Below, piece by piece: positions 1 through 8,465 of a stretch of 37,592 bases of DNA (position 1 is its first letter; the number at the start of each line of letters is the position of its first letter). Source of the stretch: a virus. The stretch spans positions 1 through 37,592 of IMG/VR virus record IMGVR_UViG_3300045988_073962; one strand, written 5' to 3'. The notes below the pieces were generated by a model. It saw only the letters and a list, made by a program, of their open reading frames with translations, did not search any database and was not told the origin of the DNA. Position numbers and translations under genes: made by a program.

Positions 1-119
1 CCTTTTTTGTCGCCCTGATACACCACGACACACAGGAAGGAAGGTGAAGAATCGTGGCACGACTGACGAAGAAGAACGAAGTCTTCTGTGAAGAATATCT
101 GATCGACCTGAACGCGACC
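1..119. repeat. Left copy of a 119-bp terminal direct repeat (identical to 37474-37592)
   Basis: The string ccttttttgtcgccctgatacaccacg...gatcgacctgaacgcgacc is present at 1-119 and again at 37474-37592 with no mismatch. The repeat cuts through the terS coding region, as expected for a circular-assembly overlap. Confidence 0.95.
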
Positions 120-554
120 CAGGCCGCGATCCGCGCCGGATATTCCGTGGAATCTGCGGGGAGTATCGGAAGTGAATTGCTGAAAAAACCTGAAATCCGC
201 GCGCGCATAGACCGCGCTATGGCCGAAAGGTCGAAGCGAACCGGGATCAACGCCGACCGGGTCCTGTTGGAACTGGGGAAAATCGCCTTCGTGAACGCGA
301 TCGACGTGATCAACATGACCGACGCGACAGTCCTGACTGACGCTTCTCGCGACGACACGGCCGCGATCGCTTCCGTGAAGGTGAAAGTGATCCCCGGAGA
401 AGACGGCGACGGCGTGGAACGGGAAGTCCGCCTGGCGGACAAGTTGAAGGCCCTGGAACTGTGCGGAAAGCACCTGGGAATGTTCAAGGACAGCCCGGAC
501 AGCACCGCCCCCGTGACGGTGGTGATCAATTATGACTACGGCCCAGACAGTTGA
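54..554 (+). CDS. terS: Terminase small subunit
   Basis: GTG start preceded by GGAAGGAAGGTG. The N-terminus KKNEVFCEEYLIDLNATQAAIRAGYS is the typical HTH signature of P27/Terminase_2-type small terminases. It overlaps the large terminase gene. Confidence 0.85.
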   Translation: MARLTKKNEVFCEEYLIDLNATQAAIRAGYSVESAGSIGSELLKKPEIRARIDRAMAERSKRTGINADRVLLELGKIAFVNAIDVINMTDATVLTDASRDDTAAIASVKVKVIPGEDGDGVEREVRLADKLKALELCGKHLGMFKDSPDSTAPVTVVINYDYGPDS

Positions 555-1803
555 GTTCAGGGCGTCGGCCCAGTTTAACCCGGTCTTCCGCCCTGTCAAC
601 GAATGGCGCGGCCGCTACCGCATTTTGAAGGGGTCCGCCGGTTCCGGGAAGTCTGTGAATATCGCCCAGGACTACATAGCGAAACTGTCCGATCCGGCAT
701 ACCAGGGCGCGAACCTGGTCGTCGTCCGGAAGATTGAAGAAACGAACCGCGACAGCACCTTCGCAGAGTTGCAGGCGGCGATCTATCGAATGTTCGGCCC
801 TTACGCCGACCGCTTCTGGAAGGTCAACCTGAATCCCCTTGCCCTGGAATGTAAGATCACCGGGAACCGGATTATCTTCCGGGGCGTCAAGGACCAGCGC
901 CAGCGTGAGAAGATCAAGTCCATCACATTCAAGAACGGGAAACTGGTCTGGATATGGTGCGAGGAAGCGACGGAACTTCTTCCGGAAGACGTCGACATTC
1001 TGGACGACCGTCTTCGTGGCAACCTGGACGACCTGAACCCGAATCTGTATTATCAGATCACAATGACCTTCAACCCGGTCAGCGCGACGCACTGGATCAA
1101 GGCCCGCTACTTCGATAAGTCCGATCCGGACGTTCTGACCCACCATTCGACATACAGGACAAACCGGTTCATAGACCCGGCCTATTCCCGCCGCATGGAG
1201 CGACGTAAGGAAGAAGACCCGGACGGCTACCGCGTGTACGGCCTGGGAGAATGGGGCGAACTGGGCGGCCTGATCCTGACGAACTTTGAAGTCCACAACT
1301 TCCCTACCGGGCGCGACTACTTCGACGGCTTTTATTACGGACAGGACTTCGGCTTCAACCATGCCGACGCGATCCTGGGTGTCGGCTGGAAGGACGGCGA
1401 AATCTACGTCACTTCGGAAATATACGTCTTCGAGAAGGACACCGAAGAAATTATCAGCCTGGCCCGTCAGGCAAAGATTGACCCGCGCGTTGAAATGTTC
1501 TGCGATTCTGCGGAGCCAGACCGGATCAGGACATGGCAGAAGGCCGGCTTCCGCGCCTATCCCGTGAAAAAGGAGCCTGGAAGCGTGAAGGCCCAGATCG
1601 ACTTCCTGAAAGGCCGAAAGATACACATACACCCTTCCTGTGTGAATGTTCTGAAAGAAGTTCAACAGTGGAAGTGGAAAAAGGACCCGACCACGGGCCT
1701 TTATATCGACGAACCTGTCGAGTTCATGGACGACGCTATGGCGGCCCTTCGCTATGGCGTGGAGCGTCCGCGACGCGGTTCGTCTATCGAAGTTTTGAAG
1801 TGA
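532..1803 (+). CDS. terL: Terminase large subunit (PBSX/XtmB-like)
   Basis: 423 aa with Walker A-like GSAGSGKS near the N-terminus. Size, position after terS (23-nt overlap) and position before the portal all fit. Confidence 0.9.
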   Translation: MTTAQTVEFRASAQFNPVFRPVNEWRGRYRILKGSAGSGKSVNIAQDYIAKLSDPAYQGANLVVVRKIEETNRDSTFAELQAAIYRMFGPYADRFWKVNLNPLALECKITGNRIIFRGVKDQRQREKIKSITFKNGKLVWIWCEEATELLPEDVDILDDRLRGNLDDLNPNLYYQITMTFNPVSATHWIKARYFDKSDPDVLTHHSTYRTNRFIDPAYSRRMERRKEEDPDGYRVYGLGEWGELGGLILTNFEVHNFPTGRDYFDGFYYGQDFGFNHADAILGVGWKDGEIYVTSEIYVFEKDTEEIISLARQAKIDPRVEMFCDSAEPDRIRTWQKAGFRAYPVKKEPGSVKAQIDFLKGRKIHIHPSCVNVLKEVQQWKWKKDPTTGLYIDEPVEFMDDAMAALRYGVERPRRGSSIEVLK

Positions 1804-1813
1804 GGTGGAGGAA

Positions 1814-3322
1814 ATGGAACTGTCTGTCATGGACCGGATCAACCTGATCCTGTCCGACCCTGAAAAAGCGACTATGACCCTGGCCCAGATCGTCAGTGAG
1901 GAAATCCGGGAGTTCAAGAAGTCCGAACAATATCAAATCATACTGGAAGCCGAATCGTATTACAGGAACAGGTCTTCCGTTCAGAAGAAGACGGTCGACG
2001 TTGTCAACCGATCGAACGCGAAGATCGAACGGCCTATCCTGAAAAAACTGGTGGACCAGAAGGCGAACTACCTTCTGTCGAAGCCCTGGACCGTGGACAC
2101 CGAAAACGGAGAATATGGCGAAGCCCTGAACAAAGTCTTCGACCAGACCTTCCGCCGGAAGATCAAGAGCCTGGGGAAAGGCGCGGTCAAGTCCGGGATC
2201 GCCTGGATTCAGCCCTACTTCGACGACGCCGGCGAACTGGCCTTCATGCGTGTACCGTCGACCGAAGTCGTTCCCCTGTGGCGCGACTCCGAACGAACGA
2301 AACTGGACGCCTTCATTCGCTTCTATGACCAGATCATTTATGTCGGGACCAGGAAGCACACGATCACACACGCCGAATTTTGGTGGACCGGCGGCGTTCG
2401 CTACTTCAAGACGGACGCCTTCGGCGGGACCGGGGCCGGCGACTTCTACGTCGACAAGGAACACGGGACCGAGGAAAACGACTGGACTGAACCACACTTC
2501 ACCGTCGCCGGGAAGCCCTACAACTGGGAAGAAGTTCCGATCGCCTGGTTGAAGTACAACGAAGAAGAACTTCCCCTGTGCTACTTCATAAAGGACCTGA
2601 TCGACGACATCAACTGGCAAAACAGCGTGACGGCCGACGTCCTTCGTGACGTGGCGAAGTTCATTTATATCCTGAAAAACTACGGCGGAACCGATCTGGC
2701 GGAGTTCTTGAAGGACTTGAAGGAACACATGGCGATCAAGGTCACTTCCGACGGCGGCGTGGATAAGTTACAGGCAGACCTGAACATTGACGCTGTCATG
2801 GCCTTCCTGGACAATGAGCGCCGGGACATTTACGACTTCGCGGCCGGCGTGGACACGAAGGACCCAGAACTGGGGAACGCCAGCGGATCGGCGATCAACT
2901 TCCGATATATGGACCTGGACGCCGACTGTGATTCCCTGGGAACCGAGCTGAAAGACACCTTCCACCGCCTGAAACTGTTCATTGACGTCTACTTCCAGAT
3001 CACCGGCCAGGGCGACTTCACGAACGAGGACTTCGACATAGTCTTCAACATGGACCTTCCGGTCAATGAAACGGACATCATCAACAACGCCCGAACCAGT
3101 GACGGCCTGATCTCCAAACGGACGATCCTTCAAAATCACCCCTGGGTGACGGACGTCGACGAAGAACTGGCCCAACTGGATAGCGAAAAGAAGGCCGCTA
3201 TGGCGGAGTTCGGGGAAGGTCTGTTCGACGACACCCTGGGAGCCGGAAACGTCCCACAGACGGCCCAGAAGGGCGAGGAAGGGGCCGCTGGAAAGGCTGG
3301 TGGCCTGAATGATACGGAATAA
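1814..3322 (+). CDS. Portal protein (SPP1 gp6-like)
   Basis: About 500 aa, immediately after terL, with an acidic C-terminal tail. ATG 1814 follows GAGGTGGAGGA; the ORF track starts it at GTG 1805. Confidence 0.85.
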   Translation: MELSVMDRINLILSDPEKATMTLAQIVSEEIREFKKSEQYQIILEAESYYRNRSSVQKKTVDVVNRSNAKIERPILKKLVDQKANYLLSKPWTVDTENGEYGEALNKVFDQTFRRKIKSLGKGAVKSGIAWIQPYFDDAGELAFMRVPSTEVVPLWRDSERTKLDAFIRFYDQIIYVGTRKHTITHAEFWWTGGVRYFKTDAFGGTGAGDFYVDKEHGTEENDWTEPHFTVAGKPYNWEEVPIAWLKYNEEELPLCYFIKDLIDDINWQNSVTADVLRDVAKFIYILKNYGGTDLAEFLKDLKEHMAIKVTSDGGVDKLQADLNIDAVMAFLDNERRDIYDFAAGVDTKDPELGNASGSAINFRYMDLDADCDSLGTELKDTFHRLKLFIDVYFQITGQGDFTNEDFDIVFNMDLPVNETDIINNARTSDGLISKRTILQNHPWVTDVDEELAQLDSEKKAAMAEFGEGLFDDTLGAGNVPQTAQKGEEGAAGKAGGLNDTE

Positions 3323-4877
3323 GGAATACTGGATCGCCCGCGCCCTTCAACGTGAGAACGAAGCCTATCTTCGCGGCGTCGGGCTAACGGCGAAAATGTT
3401 CCAGGAATACGACCGGGCCGCGAAAGCGATCCGGCGCGACATAGGCGACTTCTATTTGAAGTACGCCGGGAAGTATGGCCTGACATACGATCAGGCCGTC
3501 CGCCTTCTGACCAGGAAGGAGTTCCAGGAATGGAAGGCGACCCTGGGCGAATATATCACCAGGATCGCGGCGGAGCCTGACCCCCGCGTCAAGGCCCTTC
3601 TGACGGCCCAACTGGACGCCCTGTCCACGAACAGCCGTATTTCCCGCCTGGAAGCCCTTCTGGGACAAATCGACCTGAAACTTAATGAACTGTGGGAAAC
3701 CGGCGTGTCCCAGATGAAGGCGGAGTTCGGCGAAACCTTCCGGGAAGGCTACTACAAGAAGGTCTATGACATTCAGTCCCGCGCCGGCTTTATCCATGAG
3801 TTCGCCAAACTGGACGAAAGCGTCGTTGAAAACGTTCTGTCCTATCCCTGGTCCGGGGCTATGTTCTCCGATCGCCTGTGGAGGAACAAACAGGCGCTTC
3901 TGTTCCATGTCCGGGAAACCATCACGCAAGGCGTCATGCAAGGAAAGAGCGTGGCGACCATGTCGAAGGAACTGTCCGCTAAAATGGGCCAGTCCTACAA
4001 GGCCGCCGAACGGCTGATCCGGACCGAAACAACGCATTTCCACAGCGAAGCGGACAAGGCGGCCTATAATGCCGCCGGCGTGGATCAGTACGAATATATC
4101 GCCACCCATGACGCGCTGACCTGTGAAACGTGCGCGGCCCTGGACGGGAAACACTTCAAGTTGAAGGACGCCCAGGCCGGCGTGAACTACCCACCTATGC
4201 ACCCGAACGACCGTTGTACCACAGTCGAATATGACCCGGACGACGCCCTGGACTGGTACAATTCCGGCCAGCCTATGCCGGAAAATATGACATACGAAGA
4301 CTGGTACAGACAGCAAGTCGACGCCCACGGCCCCGGCTATGTTGAAAAGGAGCGCCAGAAGTCGTATAATCAGGGCAAGGACGCGGAGCAGTTCGGCCGG
4401 TATTCCGAACGCCTGGGCGCTGACGCACCGGCCGACCTTGACGCCTTCCAGGAAATGAAATACACAGACCCGGACGCCTGGTCCGATCTGAAATCCTTCT
4501 ATTCCTACAAGGGGCGCGTCCCGGAAGCCACCAGGGCGGACTTCGATCTGTATAAGAAAATCAAGGGAACCGGCATTTTCGGAACAATCAGAGTTCCGCC
4601 GGAGCCTATCGACGCGGCGTCGCTGTGGCTGAACGCCGGCCACGTCGCGGATCACGGCCACAGTGCAACCGAAGCGGAAGCGCGATCGTTCATCGAAAAC
4701 GCTATCTTCTCCCTGAAACGGAAGCACTGGACCGGCGCAGTCTTTACGAACTATTATTCCACAGAAGGCGCGGCCTATGTGCTGAACGCCGACAATGAAA
4801 TCAGAACGGCCTTCAAGCGGGACCAATTCAAGGGAGCCGTGAAGGACGTAATGGAGGTGATCGAGAATGGAAAATAA
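3309..4877 (+). CDS. Head morphogenesis protein (Mu F / SPP1 gp7 family) with a ~190-aa C-terminal extension
   Basis: The central motif YEYIATHDALTCETCAALDGKHF...NYPPMHPNDRCTTV is the conserved MuF/gp7 core. The protein continues about 190 aa beyond it. Confidence 0.85.
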   Translation: MIRNKEYWIARALQRENEAYLRGVGLTAKMFQEYDRAAKAIRRDIGDFYLKYAGKYGLTYDQAVRLLTRKEFQEWKATLGEYITRIAAEPDPRVKALLTAQLDALSTNSRISRLEALLGQIDLKLNELWETGVSQMKAEFGETFREGYYKKVYDIQSRAGFIHEFAKLDESVVENVLSYPWSGAMFSDRLWRNKQALLFHVRETITQGVMQGKSVATMSKELSAKMGQSYKAAERLIRTETTHFHSEADKAAYNAAGVDQYEYIATHDALTCETCAALDGKHFKLKDAQAGVNYPPMHPNDRCTTVEYDPDDALDWYNSGQPMPENMTYEDWYRQQVDAHGPGYVEKERQKSYNQGKDAEQFGRYSERLGADAPADLDAFQEMKYTDPDAWSDLKSFYSYKGRVPEATRADFDLYKKIKGTGIFGTIRVPPEPIDAASLWLNAGHVADHGHSATEAEARSFIENAIFSLKRKHWTGAVFTNYYSTEGAAYVLNADNEIRTAFKRDQFKGAVKDVMEVIENGK

Positions 4878-5043
4878 GAAGTGCTACTGTCCTATCGTGG
4901 ACAGGGAAATCGACGCTATGGACTGTTTCGACGCCGCCCTGGTCTTCGAAGAAATGTCCCCCCTGTCCGAACTTCCTGACTACATGAAGTTCACTGACAG
5001 GAACCAGGAAACCTGTTTGAAGTGCCAGTACCACCCACAATAA
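4867..5043 (+). CDS. Small Cys-rich hypothetical protein (58 aa; CxC ... C ... CxxC)
   Basis: Hand-translated open frame MENKKCYCPIVDREIDAMDCFDAALVFEEMSPLSELPDYMKFTDRNQETCLKCQYHPQ. It is under the 60-aa cutoff of the ORF track, overlaps the MuF stop by 11 nt, and is followed by tandem terminators. Confidence 0.5.
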   Translation: MENKKCYCPIVDREIDAMDCFDAALVFEEMSPLSELPDYMKFTDRNQETCLKCQYHPQ

Positions 5044-5047
5044 AGGA

Positions 5048-5074
5048 ACGTCGCCACAAGGCGGCGTTTTTTTA
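5048..5074 (+). terminator. Rho-independent terminator (first of a tandem pair)
   Basis: acgtcgcc-acaa-ggcggcgt stem-loop (one G-U pair) followed by T7. Confidence 0.75.
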
Positions 5075-5087
5075 TGCCTGTTGATCA

Positions 5088-5118
5088 AGGCGTTCCCCTT
5101 CGCGGGGAGCGCCTTTTT
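5088..5118 (+). terminator. Rho-independent terminator (second of a tandem pair)
   Basis: aggcgttcccc-ttcgc-ggggagcgcct stem (one mismatch) followed by TTTTT. Confidence 0.65.
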
Positions 5119-5210
5119 CATACCCAAAACAGCCGCACCCGCCCGGCGACCAGGCGGGACCGCAAAGCGTGTGGAAGTCACGGTAAAGACAGCGGAGAAA
5201 GGAGCAAACC

Positions 5211-5804
5211 ATGATCACAGAGAGCGTCAAAACCATTCTGGGGGCTGACCTGTCGAACCAGGTCGAAGCGGCCTTGAAGGGCAAGGGCAAGGACGGAAAG
5301 GACGTGGACCTGGTCGTCGGAAACGACGGTTCCTTCGTCCCGGCCGAGAAGTTCAACGGCGCGAACAGCGGCAAGACCAGCGCGGAAAACGCCCTGAAAG
5401 CCGCCGCCGAAGCCTTGAAGGCGATCGGAGGGTCCGGCGATCCCGCGAAGATCGCGGAAGACGTCAAGACCGCCCAGACCACGATCGACACCCTTCGGAC
5501 CGACCACCAGAAGGAAATCGCCAGAATCCAGAAGAACACGGCCCTTCGCCTGGCCCTGGCCGACAAGGTCCACGATCCGGCCGACATCATTTCCCTTCTG
5601 GACCTGGACAAGATCGACGTCGACGACGCCGGCGGCCTGAAAACAGACCTGGAAGGTCTTCTGAAACCCTTGAAGGAATCGAAGCCCTACCTGTTCAAGA
5701 CCCAGGAGCCGTCGAAGGAACCCGACATCAAGGGCGCGAAGCCCGCTGACCCTGGCGCACGTCAGGAGCCGGCCGCAAAGGTCGACGGTCCTGTCGTGAT
5801 CTAA
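5211..5804 (+). CDS. Scaffolding protein
   Basis: 197 aa, rich in Ala/Lys/Glu/Asp and predicted coiled coil. It lies immediately upstream of the capsid gene, with RBS GAAAGGAG. Confidence 0.75.
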   Translation: MITESVKTILGADLSNQVEAALKGKGKDGKDVDLVVGNDGSFVPAEKFNGANSGKTSAENALKAAAEALKAIGGSGDPAKIAEDVKTAQTTIDTLRTDHQKEIARIQKNTALRLALADKVHDPADIISLLDLDKIDVDDAGGLKTDLEGLLKPLKESKPYLFKTQEPSKEPDIKGAKPADPGARQEPAAKVDGPVVI

Positions 5805-5843
5805 CCCACCAACCCACCAACAAACGAAAGGAATGATTTTATT

Positions 5844-6695
5844 ATGGCAAGAACCAAAGCGATCAGCCTGATCCAGAACGGGGCGACGAAGGTCGAACTG
5901 GCCGAACTGTCCGGTCTGGTGATCCAGAACATTCAGAAGGACACCCTGGCGTCCGGTCTGAAATCCCAGTCCTACACCGGCAACCCCGCCAGCGGGTCCG
6001 TCGAGTATCGCCGCTTCAAGAACAGCGTGTCCCAGGACTACGGGACCGCCAGAGCCGCCGGCAAGGGAACCGCGCTGACCGTTCCCCCGACCACCGTGAA
6101 CCTGAACACCCACAAGGAGATCGTGGAGGAAGCCGCGAAGTTCGACCTGGACACCTTCGGCGTCGGAAACATCATGGCCCGGCGCGCTGACAACCACGTC
6201 GACACCGTGGCGGCAGAGTTCGACACGGCCTTCTTCCAGGCGGCCTTCGGCGAAGGGACCGCCTTCACCGCCCCCGCCAGCGCGACCGATCCTGGGAAGA
6301 TCGTCGAAGCCCTGATCCAGACCCTGGAAACCGTGAAGAACGACTATGTCAGGGGCGTTCCCCGCAACATCATGCGCCTGGTCCTGTCCCCCGCCTTCTA
6401 TGGCGATATGCGCGACTATCTGGACAAGACCGTCCACAACGCGAACGTGGACACCGCCGCCGAAGACTTCACCACCTTCCACGGCGTCCGCGTCTATTCC
6501 AGCGTCTTCCTTCCCGCAAACGCGAAGGCGGTCATTATGATCGACGGCGCGATCGCACAGCCGGCGGTCATTTACCCCTACAAGGACCCGGAGAAGATCC
6601 CCCTGTCCAACGACTACGGCGTGTCCATGTTCTACGACTTCGGAACGAAGGTCCTGACCCCTGACCTGGTCTTCACCTATTCCGACAACGCATAA
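5844..6695 (+). CDS. Major capsid protein
   Basis: 283 aa, placed between the scaffold and head-tail connector genes as in PBSX-like phages. The call rests on synteny and composition only. Confidence 0.7.
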   Translation: MARTKAISLIQNGATKVELAELSGLVIQNIQKDTLASGLKSQSYTGNPASGSVEYRRFKNSVSQDYGTARAAGKGTALTVPPTTVNLNTHKEIVEEAAKFDLDTFGVGNIMARRADNHVDTVAAEFDTAFFQAAFGEGTAFTAPASATDPGKIVEALIQTLETVKNDYVRGVPRNIMRLVLSPAFYGDMRDYLDKTVHNANVDTAAEDFTTFHGVRVYSSVFLPANAKAVIMIDGAIAQPAVIYPYKDPEKIPLSNDYGVSMFYDFGTKVLTPDLVFTYSDNA

Positions 6696-6708
6696 AGGAG
6701 GAACCGAC

Positions 6709-6963
6709 ATGAAGTTCAAGAATAAGCAGACCGGCGCGATCCTGGAGCCGAAGAACGACATGGTCCTGGAACAGCTTCGCAAGAGCGAAGACTATACCCC
6801 CTACGACGGCAAGGACGCCGGCCAGGGCGGACAGAAGCCCCTGTCCAAGATGAACAAGGACGAACTTCTGGCGGCCGCCCAGGCGGCCGGGATCGACGTC
6901 CCTGACGGCGCCACGAAGGACGCTATCATCGAACTGATCCAGGCGAACAGCGGCAACCAGTAA
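6709..6963 (+). CDS. Small head-module protein with a C-terminal HeH/Rho-N-like motif
   Basis: Strong RBS AAAGGAGGA. The C-terminus KDELLAAAQAAGIDVPDGATKDAIIELI resembles the helix-extended-helix (Rho_N/SAP-like) motif. Confidence 0.6.
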   Translation: MKFKNKQTGAILEPKNDMVLEQLRKSEDYTPYDGKDAGQGGQKPLSKMNKDELLAAAQAAGIDVPDGATKDAIIELIQANSGNQ

Positions 6964-6992
6964 AACGGGGCCGCCGGAAAGGTGGTGGAAAC

Positions 6993-7442
6993 GTGCTTGA
7001 TCAGATTCTTTCTTCCCTGGACGGCCTGACCGACCTTGAACGCGCGGAAGTCCTTCGTGTCCTTATGTCGAAGGACGACCGTCTGGCGAAGGTCAAGGCC
7101 CTTCTGGGGATCACCGGGACGGACAAGGACGACCTGATCGCCTTCGTGATCGAAACGGTCGAAGACCTGGTCCTGTCCTACATCAACCAGGACACGCTTC
7201 CGGCCCCGCTGGAAAAGCCCCTGATCGTCATGTGTGTCAGCTACTACAAGGCCGCCGGCCTGGGGACCACCCAGGCGGCCGCCGGTCCGGTCGCGTCTGT
7301 GAAGCGCGGGGACGTCCAGACGTCCTTCGCGAACGCTTCCGGCGCTTCCGGATCGGCGTCGACCTTTAACCTGGGCGCGGACGGAAGCGACTTCTTCGGC
7401 TGGCGGACCGTCCTGAACGAATACCGAAAATTAAGGTGGTGA
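6993..7442 (+). CDS. Head-tail connector / DNA-packaging (gp6-like) protein
   Basis: GTG start after AAAGGTGGTGG. The segment LLGITGTDKDDLIAFVIETVEDLVLSYIN is typical of phage head-tail connector (Phage_connect_1-like) proteins, and the position fits. Confidence 0.65.
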   Translation: MLDQILSSLDGLTDLERAEVLRVLMSKDDRLAKVKALLGITGTDKDDLIAFVIETVEDLVLSYINQDTLPAPLEKPLIVMCVSYYKAAGLGTTQAAAGPVASVKRGDVQTSFANASGASGSASTFNLGADGSDFFGWRTVLNEYRKLRW

Positions 7443-7447
7443 TCTGT

Positions 7448-7834
7448 ATGTTCGGAAACCCTGGCGCAGAGCGCGCCGCGATCGAACTGACCTATGAAGA
7501 CACCGCCACGATCACCAGAACGACCCAACAGACGGGGGCGAACAAGATCACGAAGTCCGTCCCCGGCGTGATTTACAGTGAAATCATTTGCGCGCTGTCG
7601 TATTCAGGAAGCGACAAGAGCGAACAGACGAAGGCACAGAACGAAGTCGACTATGACGCCGTAATCTTCGCCGCGCCTGACCTTCTGGTCCTTCCTGGCG
7701 ACAGTGTGACCTTGAAACGGTTCGGGCGCGACAACCCTTCCAGTCAGATTCTTCTGTCCTTCCAGGTCGTCGGCCGTCCTTCCCTGTATGCAACACACCA
7801 GGAAATCAAGGTGAAGGAAGGTGATCTGGCGTGA
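7448..7834 (+). CDS. Head closure / head-tail adaptor protein
   Basis: ATG 7448 lies 8 nt after AAGGTGG. Assigned by synteny between the connector and tail genes. Confidence 0.55.
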   Translation: MFGNPGAERAAIELTYEDTATITRTTQQTGANKITKSVPGVIYSEIICALSYSGSDKSEQTKAQNEVDYDAVIFAAPDLLVLPGDSVTLKRFGRDNPSSQILLSFQVVGRPSLYATHQEIKVKEGDLA

Positions 7835-8268
7835 CGTTGAATCAATTTCTGGAAGCGGTCGCCGCGAAGCTGACCGGAATCTGGCCGGACCGGAAGGTCC
7901 ATGTCGACGAAATACCGAAGGATTCCGACGGCCAGTTCTTCGTCGGGATCATTGAATCGTCCCAGGAAAAGCACCTGGACCGGCGCCGGAAACGGTCGAT
8001 CCAGTTTGAAGTCCTGTACTTCCTTCGATCGAAGGACACGATGGACTTCAACGCCTGGGCCGAAGAAATGTATGACAACTTTGAAGAACTGACGGTCCAG
8101 GAAGCCCCCGGCAAAACAAGGACGATCCGTCTGACCGGCCAGAAGGCCAGGCCGGACGGGAACAGCCGCGTCTTCCAGTTCCTTTTCGACGCGGACTTCT
8201 TCTTCGTCCTGACACCGCCGGAAATCCCGTTCATGGAAGACCTGGAACATACGGAGGTTATGAAGTAA
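7831..8268 (+). CDS. Neck / tail-completion protein (XkdH-J-like position)
   Basis: GTG start overlaps the upstream stop. 145 aa, assigned by synteny only. Confidence 0.5.
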   Translation: MTLNQFLEAVAAKLTGIWPDRKVHVDEIPKDSDGQFFVGIIESSQEKHLDRRRKRSIQFEVLYFLRSKDTMDFNAWAEEMYDNFEELTVQEAPGKTRTIRLTGQKARPDGNSRVFQFLFDADFFFVLTPPEIPFMEDLEHTEVMK

Positions 8269-8462
8269 TGGCGAAAACGACCAAAAAGGCCGCCGGCACA
8301 GACCAGGCGCCGGCCCCGGCCTTCACAAAGGATCAACTGGTCAAAAGTAAAACCCTGGGCCTTCCCGTGGACGCCGTCATGGCCGTCCTGGAAGACGGGA
8401 AGACCTACACGAAGGATCAGGCCGTCGGCCTGGTCAACGATTTTCTGGAAAGGAAGGTGTGA
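8268..8462 (+). CDS. Small hypothetical structural-module protein
   Basis: TAATG overlap with the upstream gene, RBS ACGGAGG, 64 aa. Confidence 0.5.
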   Translation: MAKTTKKAAGTDQAPAPAFTKDQLVKSKTLGLPVDAVMAVLEDGKTYTKDQAVGLVNDFLERKV

Positions 8463-8465
8463 GTT

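Noticed and set aside
526-6782. Other long minus-strand ORFs (526-1917, 1784-2728, 3384-4826, 5178-6782)
   Set aside because: Same reasoning. Each is antisense to a recognisable + strand gene (terL, portal, MuF, scaffold/capsid) and has Arg/Gly/Val-rich nonsense-like composition.
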